Assembly (NCBI GenBank): GCA_973851085.1
Contig: OZ316776.1
Location: 10,726,001-10,790,000 of the forward strand
DNA from: Ptychomitrium polyphyllum
Lineage: Eukaryota
Length of the DNA stretch: 64,000 nucleotides
Direction: 5' to 3'
Shown here: positions 39,884 to 53,438 of the stretch, piece after piece
Layout: every line of letters starts with the position of its first letter
Position numbering within the stretch: the stretch's first letter is position 1
Program-made: the position numbers and the translations under genes
Notes under the pieces: generated by a model
The model's input: the letters and a program-made list of their open reading frames with translations, nothing else
Told to the model about the DNA's origin: nothing
Database searches by the model: none

Positions 39884-40006
39884 GTTACATCAGTAATGGG
39901 CATCCCTTAAAGATTTAAGTACTGGAACAATTCAACTTACCCAGCGGATTATGAGGGTGATGCTCTTGGAGTCGCCTGCTACAGATTTTCTCTTGGGAAG
40001 TTGAGA

Positions 40007-41347
40007 ATGGTGACTGGTGATAACATTGTGAGCACCCTTCCAGATGAACTGGGACGTCTCACAATCCAGTTGGGGGATTGGGGCTCATTGCCTCCCGAGG
40101 TTCAAGATTTAATTCTAGCTCTCTTATCCTTCAACGAACTTTACAAATCTCGACTTGTCTGCAAAAGCTTTCATCAGGTCATAAAGCGCAGAGCCTTCCA
40201 GCAAGCACGAGCTCGTCATTGCCTCACAGAATACTCTCTGAGTCCTCTCGTCTTTTATGCGGAAGCAGGAACTTGGTACTTGAGGGGGTTTGATTACCAG
40301 GAACTCAGGTGGAGAAAGCTCCCACCATTCAGGAAACCAATTCCCCCGCCGGATCCGGACTTGTACAAGGACTTCCTCGTCGCTGGAAACAAGGGCCTGT
40401 TGTGTGTGAATGTGGGTAAGGCCCTCGAAGCAGAGAAACTGTATGTATGCAACGTTTTGACCGAAGAGACATGTGAACTTCCTCCTCTGGAACTCTCACG
40501 TCATCCCGTCCTGTTGAGCGTGCATGTGACACTGACTGTAAAAAACGACATCGTTACCTCAAGCTTTCTGGTGATCGCCATTGGTAGTGCTGCGATGGGC
40601 ACGGAGAGCCTGTCGAGGAAGACAGATGTGTTCGACTCTGCTACGGGAGAGTGGGAAGCCGCCGGAGATGTCCCTGGGGCAGACTTCTCGCTGAACGACT
40701 ACCAGAATGGCGTGTACTGTGAGAGCTCGAAGTTGCTGCTTTGTGTCGGGTTCCTGGTGAACGGCAGCAAGGGCATCCTGGCGTTCGATGTGGACAAGCG
40801 CAAGTGGCGCGAAGATTGGATCTGCCCTTTCCACCAGGTACATGCGGTTACGGACACTGCACTGACGGTTCATGTGGCCATCACTCAGCTGGTGGAGTGC
40901 AGCGGCAAGATCTACCTGTTTTCAGAACAGGAGGCCGGGAGAAACGTGACACACTGCATCGACAGGCTGGAGTTGGACAGCAGGTCAGAGGGGTTCTCGT
41001 GGACGAGAGTGGTGACACGGCAGAGGCAGGGAAACAAAGCTTTGTTGGTGTATCCCGAGTACACATGTGTGCCGGTGGGGGAGAACAAGCTGTGCATATT
41101 CAACACAATAGAGAAGACAGGGGTGTTGTACGATATGCGGAACGACCCTGTAGTGGTTGAAAATCCTGAAGTATTGCCTGCACCTGACCCGGAGAGTGGA
41201 ATCATGTTTCACAGTCTGAACCCTGTTGGGTATGCCTTTGAACCAAGCTTTGCGGTATCCGTGCCAAAGGATGGGGAAGAACCATCATCAAAGAGTGCTA
41301 CTACCGAAGAAGCTTCAACTCAAATTATAGACATGTGTTACGACTGA
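40007..41347 (+). CDS. F-box protein with a kelch-like/F-box-associated C-terminal domain (446 aa, single coding exon)
   Basis: Long GC-rich ORF with first ATG at 40007. F-box WGSLPPEVQDLILALLSFNELYKSRLVCKSFHQVI, then plant F-box motifs GLLCV, LYVCNVLT..ELPP, VFDSATGEW, ILAFDV..W and LVECSGKIY. Confidence 0.92.
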   Translation: MVTGDNIVSTLPDELGRLTIQLGDWGSLPPEVQDLILALLSFNELYKSRLVCKSFHQVIKRRAFQQARARHCLTEYSLSPLVFYAEAGTWYLRGFDYQELRWRKLPPFRKPIPPPDPDLYKDFLVAGNKGLLCVNVGKALEAEKLYVCNVLTEETCELPPLELSRHPVLLSVHVTLTVKNDIVTSSFLVIAIGSAAMGTESLSRKTDVFDSATGEWEAAGDVPGADFSLNDYQNGVYCESSKLLLCVGFLVNGSKGILAFDVDKRKWREDWICPFHQVHAVTDTALTVHVAITQLVECSGKIYLFSEQEAGRNVTHCIDRLELDSRSEGFSWTRVVTRQRQGNKALLVYPEYTCVPVGENKLCIFNTIEKTGVLYDMRNDPVVVENPEVLPAPDPESGIMFHSLNPVGYAFEPSFAVSVPKDGEEPSSKSATTEEASTQIIDMCYD

Positions 41348-43816
41348 GGAGTGATCCGGATTGTATATGATAAGTATTGATTTTAGAATAAGTTAATGTA
41401 GGTAATTGTTATATAACGTATGATGTTTTATTTCATTATTGAAGAAATACAAAAAATTAATAACATTTGTAAAAACATTAATTGTTTTTATAAAAGTTGA
41501 TCATATTTATAATTTACAAGTGTAGTTAAGGGCAATAAGCTCAAAAATAAACATGTTTGCTTATCAAAGTAACATTTCAAAGTTGGAGATTTGTTTTATA
41601 CAACTATGGACATCATATTAAATTTTATTTTTCCAAATGCCATTTATTAAGCCTTTTGGTTTTTTAATAGAGCTATCAATATAATAAATATACGTTGAAG
41701 AAGATTTTTAAGATAATTTTGCATGAAAATTGTTAACTAATTTACAAAATTACTAAAGACATGTATGAAATTTATAGTGATTATTTTTTGCATGCATTCT
41801 TTTTATTTTTAAAATATTTTTTTTAAACCTTGACAAATGAAATAAGTATTATATAGATCATTTGTAGTAGGAAGAATGGTATTGGAAACCAAGGGAGGCT
41901 TACACCTTGTATGTTCTATTAAAAGGTGCAAATTATAAGCAGACAAAGGCATATTGCCATATAATTACTTAAGATTTTTTATATAGAATTTCAACATTAC
42001 AATTATAATTAATCAAGAATGCAAAATTGAAAATTCTAATAAAAAAAACAATAATGACTTCACTTAGTTTTAGATTTACAACTGAGCTTTTAAGATTCTT
42101 ATAGTATATAAATTCATTATGCGACAAAAAATAAAAACTTTTAAAGATTTTTATCATTAATGGTTAAAACTTCTTAATATGAAGGAAAAAATTAATTATG
42201 ATCATTTTTATAGAATTTTAACTTTACAACTTGCTTTCAACTAATGTATTATGCCTTTTAGAACTAATATTTATTAAATCCATAATTAAAGTGTGATTTA
42301 AAGGTGTTGCATATAGTATTTGAAAAAAATTGTTTAATTTAATATAAAGATGTTGGGTTGATTAGAATTAAATCAAGTAATTATTTCAATGTTTAAACAT
42401 AATATTTTATCAACTTAAATTCTACACCTAATGATTTAATTTGTCATAAAGCATATAACAAAATTATTCAAAAAGAATGTCTATAAATCAAATAAACAAA
42501 ATTATAGCAAATTTAAATATGTCTAAGGAAAAATAATTAAAATTAAAATTATATAAATAAACAACCATTGACTAAATTTGCCCTATAGTTTATAGGTTAA
42601 ACTTATGACTCCTTAGTTGATAATGCGTGGCAAAAAATTAAAAATATATGGACTTTTTGAATGGTTCTAATTGGTTGCCATCTTTTATCTATATTATATG
42701 CTGAAAGAATATCCCAAATACTACGATTTATTATATTTTGTAATTTTAAAAAAAAATTAATTCACAATGACTTAAATATACATATATTTTTAAATAATGC
42801 CATCAAACTTGGATATAATGACAAAAAGTAAATTTGGTCATTAATGAATATCTTTCCAAAAACTTTGCAACATTTTAATTTATTAGTTGAAGCTCAAAAA
42901 TAATTTGAAATAAATGTGACATATATGCCATGCTTAAAGCTCACTTAACATATTTGACTAATATTTGAGATGCCAAATACTATCCAAATTAAATGTCATG
43001 TTCCAAAATGGAAATTGAATTTGGAAATGAGTATAAAAAAAGACTATTAATTGGCCTTCCTTTTGCAAAGTACCTTTTTGGCTCTTCAATTACTTTGATG
43101 GCTCTTTGTTTCTCCTTCCATATTGTGAACTAATTAAGAATTTTATATAGATTTATCCATATCTTTTTTTCCACTCCCATCTTATTCTTTGTAATTAAAT
43201 ATTAATTTCTTTAAAATAATCTATTTTAGAAGGTCAGCATTTATAAAAGGTTGATTATAGAATATATACAAAGGCAAGAGATTGAATAATATAAATACAT
43301 ATATTAGATACATCTTTTCCTAATAAATTATCCACGTGTTCATAAATCCACAATTTACTCCAATCTAAAAGATAATCTAAATATATAAAATGACAATTAT
43401 GACCTATGACAATTGTTTGTTTGAAAAATGTAACATTCCATATTTCTACTAGTTTGAACCTTCAAAAGAATGATGTCTAGTAAATAATTTATAATTTTAG
43501 TTTTGAAATCCAAATGCTTTTAAATATAAATAATATCAATTCAAAGTTATTGCTCTTGATAAACATTATAAATTTCAAATTTTATGAATGTCTAAAAATT
43601 CAGAAGAACTGCATCTATGTTTATGAAATCTTGAATTTTTAAAAAAGATTAAAGATAAAAATTACAATATATAAGGAATATATCCACGCATATATCAATG
43701 CTATACACTACACGAAGGACATGAATTTAGGTTGTTTAAATCTTGAAAAAATGCATTAAAAACGTTTGAAAAGGCTCAGAAAGGTTTTGTTTCAAATAGA
43801 CAGTACATTTTTACTT

Positions 43817-43935
43817 TAAATGTTTTGCAAAATTTTCTGTACTATTTAATTTGTACTGAAAAGGCTTATAAACGTTTTGCAAAATTTTATGTACTATTTA
43901 ATTTGTACTGAAAAGGCTTATAAATGTTTTGCAAA
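43817..43935. repeat. 52-bp tandem repeat, ~2.3 copies
   Basis: TAAA(T/C)GTTTTGCAAAATTTT(C/A)TGTACTATTTAATTTGTACTGAAAAGGCTTA at 43817 and 43869, partial copy at 43921. Confidence 0.9.
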
Positions 43936-45166
43936 TTAGACAGTACAAAATACTGTTTTGAAAATTTTGTTTTGCAAAAACAATTATAGTATATTCGTAC
44001 TTATTTCTCTTCTAGCTTTTGACCCGGGGATAACCACCATTATCCTTTATTGTAAATACTATTCTTTGGCTGCACTAATAGGTCTGGATTAGATTTTAAA
44101 TACATAAATTACCGCTAATTTATTTATGTAAGACCATTTTGAATCAGACTGAATTTGTTTTAGAAAATTCCACCACGAATTTCTGTAGTAATCTGAGCAT
44201 AAATCTAAGGCAACTGCAAATCATACTGAATTCCCTTGTTACTAAGTCCATTCTTGAAGTACTGCTTTCCAAAGAGTTTGTTCAATAATGCCTTTTATAA
44301 CCAGAGAGTTTTGTCATAGAAACGTCTTAGAAAAATATTCAAAAGTGTACAACCATCCTACTCAGAGAATGTGTTTATCTACAGTATAATGCGGAAAGTT
44401 TATCATGCTTTTGTGACACTAAAACGTACCTGCAAGTCATCAGTTATCCACACAAAAAAGAAATGACCCTCAAGCTCTTGGTTGGCTTGTTGTTGTAGAA
44501 AATGAAAATTGGCTCTTCCAATTTAGTTGCAAATGGAGAGTAAAAAATGTCACCTCGAATCCAAAGTTAATCATAAGTTTTTTAGGATTGGTAAAATGAT
44601 GGTCGCTGAAAAGATTGTCTTTAAATAATTTCAGATATATCTCAAAATTTGTAGATTCAATTGAAAAGTATGTTCTGCTAGGCATACCTTAGTGTGATTT
44701 TTGTTTTTAGCATTGCGGGTGATTCTTCTGAAGCTGATGATTGTTTCATTGCATGGGATTTATGGTTAAGTGTTGATATTATTTATTTACTTGAAACAGT
44801 CTGATTAAAATTGTTTAGTCGTCTGTGTTGCATGCAAGTGGTGTAAGGTTTTAGATTTGGAATGTGGATTTCCAGGATTGAGCCCATCTTTGCTCTTAAG
44901 TGCTTGCATTTTCTTATTATTATTATTTTTCTAATATATACAGCACATTTCTTTTTCATTGTGAAAGATATCCTTTGTTGTTATTTGAACTAAAATTTCC
45001 AACACAGATCAATGGTTCTGTGTTCAACCACATGTGTTATCAGTTCTCAATTATTATCAATGTTTGTATACATCAATATTAGAAAAGATCTAGTTTACCA
45101 AGCTGTAAAGCTGATTTAGGACTTGTGAAGTCTTTGATCATTCAAATGTTCTTGTTCTTAAGATAT

Positions 45167-45435
45167 TGTCATGGATATACATCATGTAATGTAGCTTTTA
45201 AGAACCTTCCAATTTTCTATAACCTTCTACCTCTCTTGAAAAAACATTTAAAGACAATTTCATAAAATTCTAAAATATCCAGTAATTTTATAAGTAGGTT
45301 CTTTGAAAGCATATTTTTTATGATATAAATAAGGAATAAGATGAACTATACTACAATCTTGCGAACAGAGGTTGTGAAAGAAAGGCAAATTTTTATAACT
45401 ACTTCTTGTCTAAATTCCAATTTCTTGTGTTATTA
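45167..45435 (+). repeat. Highly degenerate short LTR-like remnant related to family B
   Basis: Starts TGTCATGGATATACATCATG. Contains TATAAATAAGG and ATCTTGCGAACAGAGGTTGTG, similar to the B LTR core. Confidence 0.45.
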
Positions 45436-45637
45436 AAATGTATGGCATTGTTTAGAACAACAAAGAACAGTAGTATCAAAGACGCATCTATGCCAAATTG
45501 TAGCAACCAAGAGAATATGGCCATATCTTACATCAATAAAATTTACTAGATCAACCAACAAGACAATAATATTGAATGCATTTACAAGAAGGATAATATT
45601 TAAGAGTAAAGAGGGGGCAAGGTACAAAAGCAATGGC

Positions 45638-46800
45638 TGTTGCAACCCTTATAGCGCACCTTAACAAACGTCACACGCGTCAACCCTGTACACCTCCACA
45701 TGCACATGATTAACCCCCATTTTCACTCTTCATGTCTCAAACTTGGTTTCTAATTCCTCCTACCATTTCTCTTAGGACACCCAATTGATTGGTAGCCAAT
45801 AGTTAGGTGCGGACTTCCATTCATGTCCAAGGCCTCATTTGATGTTATTCCCATTCCACACGGCCTAACCGCACTTAGTGGTGTCTCCTTACTACCACAT
45901 ATAATCCCCGTGTGATCCTAAGATCACCCCGGGCCATCATGGTGCTGACGTGACGACACCACCCCAACTTAGTGGTAAGAAGCGTGCCCTTTTAATCTCA
46001 CTAGTTCTTTTCATAAAATCGGTCATCCACCGACTCACAATGGTGTAGAAGTCCCCGTGGTGAAGCCCCAACACTAGCTCCACCAACCGAAACTCGCCTT
46101 TGGTTCCTACCAAGATACTAGGGGAGTGGAGAGGGGACCAGCCCTCCTGTATAGTATTCTCTGTGGGATTCGTCAGGCCCCCTGGCCCTCTGTAGCTGGC
46201 TGAACTCCGACACACCAAAACTTTTGGAAGACCACCCGATCTTCTTTGGGATTTAGCCGTTGAAAGCCTCCGGGGCTTCTTGCGGACCTTCAAGGAGCCA
46301 TATCTTCCACGTTTGGTGTCCGAATCTATCAACCAACCACTCTATTGTCATAAACTCTTTGCGTAGATGCCGATAAACTTCTCAAACGTCCGATTTGACT
46401 TAGTATTTTGGAAGATATGCCTCTCCCAAGGTTCGGAACTCTCGGGGAGTCCCTCCCTGTACTGTCCCAATTCAGTACAGTCACTGTTTAGGGCTGCCAC
46501 AGTCTAGAACAGTCCCTTGGCAGCCCCAACTTTGGGATGCCATATCTTTTAGTTCCCTTGTCCGATTTGAGCAATCTTTAGCATTCTAAAATCAACTCGA
46601 CGTGAGTACTCTAATGCCTACAATTTATCCCTCGTGGCCCTCGGTCTACATGGGCAAGGATGTTTCTCCCCCTCGGGATTTTTCCACGTTAAACATACTT
46701 GGGCTACTTCATTATCGGCTCCACAAGTCCCGGACGTCATTCCGAGGTCCCCCTTGTGCCTTTAGTGTTGCGAGTACTTTTTAAAGAAAGGTGCGCGACA
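45638..46800 (-). mobile_element. Solo LTR of family A (older, diverged)
   Basis: Reverse complement of 3588-4731 with many substitutions and indels. TGTTGC...GCGACA termini. Perfect TSD ATGGC (45633-45637 and 46801-46805). Confidence 0.95.
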
Positions 46801-48837
46801 ATGGCGCTATGTCAATCTTAAAAAAATGAGTAATGCTTAAATATTACTGATATGAGTGGATAATGGCTAAAAAAAAAAAAAGTGCGGAGCAAATCAATAG
46901 CAAAGGGGGAAGTAATGGTAAGATAAACAAAGCAATGAAAAAAAATATAGAATTAAGACAAAGATGAAACATACAATCAAAGATTGGTTGGGAGCAAAAT
47001 TAGGAAGGCACAATCCAAATAGGTAAAAGCTATACAAGGTGGAAAAAGCATGGCTAGTTTTTATATGACTTAACGTTGAAAGGAACAATTTTGAATTACT
47101 TTCTTACATCATTTTTTGTCTTAATAAATTCACATCAGTATATATTATACATGAAATTAGGATCAACTACCTTATGATTTGATTAATCATCTTTATTAAA
47201 AAAGTAATCAAATAGATTGAATTAAATAATAAGTATACATTTGGAAAAATTATAATGATTTTTAATCTTCTTTTAAGAATTTAATATTAAATACAAGTAA
47301 ATTTTGAGTAATTTAAGAGGCTATTGTAGAAGATTTTAAAAATTAAAATGTTTAATTTGATTTAAAATATAACTTATATTTTAACTTACATAATCATGTG
47401 AATTTGAAAAGTTGATATTTCCTAATAATTTGTTATATAAGAAATTAAAATATCTTAGAAAATTTGCAAAACTTTTGTTTTAAGGTTTTTATAAGATCTT
47501 TTATTTTCATACATGAGTTGAATTTGGTTCCAATCTTTGTACAATCATTTTTCAATCTTTGAATATAACACCGTATTTGATGTAATGGAATAAAACAACA
47601 ATTTTTGGACTATATTAATAACTTCTTTAGATTAAAAAATTAATCTGAATCCAAGTTAAATTGCATATTGCATTTGCAAATTTAATGGCTTTTGGCTACC
47701 ATGGTTGATTTACTAGTAAGAAATTTGTTATAAAACTTCAAAAATATAATAGTCATCTTTTAGAAGTTTAATTCCTTTTAAATCTATTTCATTCAAAGAA
47801 TTGTTTTAGAACTTCAAATTTTCCATTTCAATAAATATGGTGTTATATAAATATTTTCAAGGTTTGTACTTATTAATTATCAAAGGCTATAAAAATATTG
47901 TAGTGGAATAAAAAATTTCATTACTCACAAGTATAAGTTAATCTTAAGGCAATATATTTTAGACTTATTATAAAAAAATTTGTCTCTTTTGTTGGACATC
48001 AATTGTTTTGAGTGAACTTGTATATGCCTATAGTATTATTTAAAGTCTTAAGTCCTTTGCAACCATCTATAAATAATTGTAATTATTTATCCATATTAAG
48101 AAACTCATATTGAATAGACATGCTTGCTGTTATATTATGAACATGGCATACAAATATAATCTTTGCAATTATTTGGAACTTTTATGTGTTTACAAGAATT
48201 AAAAACTTGTCTTTTTATTGGAAACAAATGGTGATGAAATAGTAGTTCTTGAAATTTAAAAGATAATAACCTTACACTATATATTGTATCTTAAAAAAAG
48301 GTGAACATAAATTTTGATGTTTTCATATATATTACTTTTGATTGATTTAGTAATTGAAGCAAACATTAGACTTTTGAGCATCAAATGAAGACGATTACTA
48401 TACTTATACATCTTTTAATTTAGTGATATAACTATGTGTGTATACTTAGAAACTAAACATCTTCTATAAGCTCCTTATATATTATGGTCATTAGCAATAT
48501 ACCTACTTATAGTTGGAAAAGGTAGCACCTCCTTGAAAGTTTCCAATTTAAATCACATTCTTGAAATTTGAATCAAAAGTAGATGTATAATGTGTTGATT
48601 GGAGACTTTAGTCAGATAAGCAGATTGTATAGCACAGACAAGCTTGGAGCATCAGCATTCATAGTTACATAAACACTCATGGTTACACTTGTTTCTATGT
48701 CTGCACATGAGCACAATGTATTATGACATATTACAATGAATGTCATTTTTCAATTATAATTTTAAGTGTCAGTTTGTTTTGAAACTTCGTCCACAAAGAG
48801 AAGCATGCACAATGTCCACCAATACTACACTTTTGTT

Positions 48838-48948
48838 TTGCGAAACGTGCACTTAGGCTGCACGAAACTGCTCATAAAATGGAATCCAACATTGCGAAAC
48901 GTGCACTTAGGCTGCACGAAACTGCTCATAAAATGGAATCCAACATTG
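48838..48948. repeat. Perfect 54-bp tandem duplication
   Basis: TTGCGAAACGTG...ATCCAACA at 48838 and 48892, followed by TTG. Confidence 0.95.
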
Positions 48949-51182
48949 TGGAAGTGGTTGCGGTGACCCAGTCGTGCACAGTCGCAACTAAAGCACAACC
49001 CCCTAGTGTTTTTGTACGATGATGGTCGCCTGAGGGGGCTCTGTAGCAACTTTGCAAGTGCTTCGTAGAAACATTGTAAGGTTTAAATTTAGTACAAGAA
49101 TTATCAAAGTTTGAACGTGTCAAATGGATGAAACTTCTTTTATGTTCTTCTGGAATGCATAGATTATTCATAATTGCTGATCGGTGGTGATTGCACTGCC
49201 GGATTTTGATGGCATAGATATGAATTCTAAAACACTGTGGTCTCGAGCAGAACAAGGTCGGTCTCGAATCAGATGAAGCCAATCGCAACAACGTCAACAA
49301 CCTGCAGCAAAGGAAAGACTGAAAAAAGAAAAACGAAAAAAAACGAGATCCACAAATTCCGGACCTGCAAGAACGATGCAACCGCCAAGAAAACCAAATC
49401 TGCACCGAAAAAACAAGCAGTTGGGCGATTGAGACGTGAGAAGATGAGCAAGCAGCGAGTACTTGATGATCAAGCCAACGAAAGTAAAATAAACAAATAC
49501 ATCAGTGCTGCGCAAAAAATGCCAGTGGGTTGAAAGAAAGGCGGACGACTTATGACGAAGTATAGGTTAGCGAAGGCGAGCATTAAACACGTAACAAAAA
49601 CACAACCCCTCAAGGCAACATCAGTGCAGCAGCCACAAACCAACATAAAAGCACGAGAAGATCAAAGAAGAGGCAGGAAAGGGCCAAGAGCTCGCGGTCG
49701 AGAATGCCGGACGAGGAGACGATCGGGAGAGACGATCCTCAAGGGGAACATAAGGGAACATGGAGAACAAGGAGAACCATTGCCCAACTAACCAGGATTT
49801 TGGCAAACGGGATTGGATGAGGATGAGAACGGGGTTTACATCCGGGTTTCCATAAAAGGGTGGGCAACAGGCACTCACTCTTCTGTTCTTGTCGTCATCT
49901 CAGTTAAGACATCGAACAGCTGGATGATATTCCAGATCGAAATTCCCGCGCTTGTAGCCGAAGGGCGCCATAACGCTCGTTTTGAATTTCACGAGAGCAC
50001 CCCGACAGCCGTCGATAGATAAATTCGTCGAATTCGATCGCCGCCATTCATTACCCGTTTCATCCAATCGACCGGACTACGCTTGGACAGCTTATATCGT
50101 GAACGCTTTGATCTAGTGCTGACGCGAGCGCCCTCGAAGCTTTTTGCGCGCTCCAGAATGGCTTGCGTTCCGCGAAGCTCACCGAAGCCCTTCAAAACCC
50201 ACTGCCGATCTGTGCGGATTCTTCTCCCTAGGCGCACTTCGCGCTCGGAATCCACATTGGTGCGCTTCCCCATGTGGCGCTCCTCTTGTTCTCGCCCCAA
50301 TTCGGGCGGCAAAACCGTTTCCAATTCAGGATCTTGTCACAGTTTCATCGTGATGTGGGGTAAGCAAGTTGGTCCTTACGTGGGCGCGCACTGTGGATTC
50401 TTCCTGTCCGAATCGACTCACTGTTGGGCCGGATTGGTTTCGGAGATGAGAGATTCAGGGTTTCGAGTTTGAGGTTTGAGGTTTAGCGCTAGGTCGCTTA
50501 CTCTGTTGTGAGGAAGATAAGGCTTTAGCTTTGTCCTTTGAGCGTCTCATTCGAGGAAGATGCTGTGCGCACGAGGTTGAGTTTGTTTGTGTTTGTAGAT
50601 CTAGAGTGTTTGGCGAGCCCGATGACGGATTTTGAGGATTTTCAAAACAAATTGGATATCTATTTGTGAGGATGATTTGGGTGACGTACTGGGGTTATTA
50701 CTGGCATTGTTCTCCACATTGCGGTTTTGTGGTGTTGATTTGCAAGGATCTTTGTTAGTGGCATTTATGCGCAGGGCTTCCAGCTGATTAAGATCATGGT
50801 TTGAAATTCAGTGGAATTTCGATTACAGGGCATAGATCCTGGGCTCTTCACTGAGTTGGAAGCAGTGTGTTCTTTGCAATCCTTTTCAGTCGACAGTGTG
50901 AGGAATCAGGGGGTCAACTGTTGAGTCGATTTATGACAACTTAGGGTTGAGATACGTTAATTTTTGGGAGTGATTTTGATCCGGCTTCAGAGCATACTAA
51001 TTTCTGTGTTGTTTGCATTTGCTGAATCTTTGATCTTAGCATTCAACTTGTCGGCGAGTTTCCTTACAGCTTCAAAATACTGAGAGTTTCAGGTTCTTCA
51101 CACCATTTGGCACCAGCTGGGTAATGCATTCCTTGCAATGCTGCAGCAGAGACTGCATTGTAGAGCATGCCAGCTATAGGCA

Positions 51183-52449
51183 ATGATGTACCTCATTCCA
51201 GATTCTGTTGCAACCAAGCAGCTGTCCGGGATCGCAGAGTCATCCCCTTCCAGGCCATCCCCGTCCAAGTCATACCAGCATGCGGAGAAATCTTCCCCAT
51301 CCCTGCTATCATATTCGAAAAGTCCTAGCTCCTACAGACGCCGCTACTACTCTTCAGACGAGGAAGATGATGACAGCAGAGACAGGCAATCCCATTGGAA
51401 GCGAATCAAGACACACCCGGATGACCACTCCAGAGGAAGCGGCCGGAACGTAATTCGCTACACGGAACGAGACAACCATAGCTATGAGAAGTCTCCTCCT
51501 CGCATCAGGCTGCAGGCCCCTCCTCAGAGCCCGAAGCCTCGTGCTGGAAGTAGAGTAATTGCTCTGAGACGTAATGCGAGTGAGAGAGATGCTGGTCTGC
51601 GTCGCTCCAGCCGTGAATCTGAGGGCAGAACAGGGAGTGGTAGGATGGAAGAGGATGGGGCTTTGGGCATGCGCGTGAGGGATGGTGGGACCGCATCCAG
51701 GTTCATTGCTCTCGGGGGCAGCAAGCGGAAGCAAGATTTGATGTCGGTGTTCGGGGATGGCAACCGGAGCTCATTGATGATGAGCGAGCGCAGCATGGTG
51801 GTCCAGGAGAAGCTCACGGCAAGAAGGGTTCCTGTGGAGAAAGGGTACGAGATTAGGGTTAGTGGCAGAGAGGTAGGGGAGTTTGTGCATGGGGAGGACG
51901 ACCACAGCCTTTTCTTAGAAGATTCTTGCGAGGTTGATGATGACTACTCTGCGAGGGAGAGGATTGGCTCGGACTTGCGGGAGTTCTTGAATCGTAGGGG
52001 TCGGCCCGACGAGGAGACCATGAGTAGAGACATCAGAGGTCATGGCATCAAATCGAGCGATTACGAAATCGAGCGAGGTGTCCCCGATGCCAGTGTGAGG
52101 GTTAGAAGGGTGGAATTTGATCTGAGTGCGGGTATCGGCAAGGTCCAGGGGTCCGGGGTGCGGAAGGTTCAGGATTCGGGACGAAGCTCCCGCTCCGACA
52201 ACGATGACGGCAAAGAACGCGCGAGCCTTGCGAGTGGTGGCTCGGCGGCGAGCGTAGGAGCGAAGGGCGGGCGGGACATGGAGGCCGAGAGACGGCAGGA
52301 GAAACGAGAACGGTGGGCCGAGAAGGAGCGTGACTTGGAGAAGGAGGTGCTGAAGGAGAACATGCTGAAAAGCACCCAGCCGACGAAAGAGAAGTCCGTG
52401 ACGGTTGTGGACTACAGCCACAAGTTCACTCTTGCGAAGGCTCCCATCA
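51183..52449 (+). CDS. SLBP: SLBP-like gene, large N-terminal coding exon (R/S/D/E-rich low complexity). The true 5' end may be an upstream exon ending at 50359 spliced to 51202
   Basis: Long ORF. The phase-1 donor A|GTAAGC after 52449 matches the phase-1 acceptor TTTGCAG| at 53207. An alternative upstream donor, ATGTGGG|GTAAGC (50359), is in phase with the CATTCCAG| acceptor at 51201. Confidence 0.75.
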
Positions 52450-53207
52450 GTAAGCGACCAACCACCTCATTGTGCAGCATTTTAGAATCTCTAGCGTGTT
52501 CAGGTCTGGTTCATGCGCAGAACCCTGAAATTCTCTCTCGCGGATGGCATGTCGCGGATGGTGCTGTGTATGTGTACCCATGAGGGTTTGGGGGACTGCT
52601 CATGGCGCATGTCGCCATCGTCTCGAAAGACCCATCTTTTGTTTTTGTCTCTGCTGCACTTTGGAGCTCTCTTTTCACGAAGCAAATTGCCGGGATATGT
52701 CAAAACCGCAAGTTCTGTGCCGCTTTTGTTTGATGAGTGGCCTTTTACAAGAGAATGTGGTCGTTTCTATCTGGCGTCATGGTTGACACATCTGCAAGTC
52801 GTGTTGATAAGTGCAGGCTGACCTATATATGTCTGAGTAGTTTACGTGTGTTTGAGATGCACATTTGTGCTCACGCTGCGTTTGCTGGCCGCAATCGAAG
52901 GCTTTGGAGTAGGTGGACCTCAAACGGAGGTTTATTTGATTGGTTGTACTTTTCTTGATTGTTCAATTCTTTGATTTTAGGGGTTCTTTCTGGCATTTTG
53001 TTGACCTTGTGCGCTCTACCCTTCTGTAATTTAGGAAATTTTAATCATCTTGTGCAACCTAATGCTTTCACTACAGCAGTTTGACTTCTACAGTGTCAGT
53101 ATATGTTTTGTTTCTGTTGTCTGGTTTGAACGTTTGCATCGCAAAGCGTTTGGAGCCAGGTTATGTATTGAGGAGTGGTCGTGACAATACTCTGCGACGT
53201 TTTGCAG

Positions 53208-53322
53208 GTGCACCAGCGAAACCAGTTGAAGCCGACCCACATCGACTTTGCCAGCGGCAAAAACAAATCGATTATGGAAAGAACACGCTTGGTTACGAAA
53301 GATATACAGATATGGTTCCAAG
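53208..53322 (+). CDS. SLBP: SLBP-like gene, exon with the N-terminal half of the RNA-binding domain
   Basis: EADPHRLCQRQKQIDYGKNTLGYERYTDMVPR resembles the SLBP RBD motif RRQKQINYGKNT.AY.RY...VPR. Donor AG|GTGAGG. Confidence 0.92.
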
Positions 53323-53438
53323 GTGAGGATTGTTCTCATATCTTCTCACAGAACAACTTATGCTAATCTAACGTTTTGGCACCAGTTATGGTACTGCTTT
53401 TATTTCACAAATTAACGTTTCTTTTCGTTATCTTGTAG

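Noticed and set aside
44733..44804. TGATGA...CTGA as a box C/D snoRNA
   Set aside because: No terminal stem and no rRNA or snRNA antisense element that I can identify.
52450..52583. C-terminal part of the 466-aa ORF and small ORFs at 52500-53200
   Set aside because: This is read-through into the predicted intron 52450-53207.
52660..52685. Histone-type stem-loop near the SLBP gene
   Set aside because: It does not form the 6-bp stem with 4-nt loop, and I saw no histone gene in the window.
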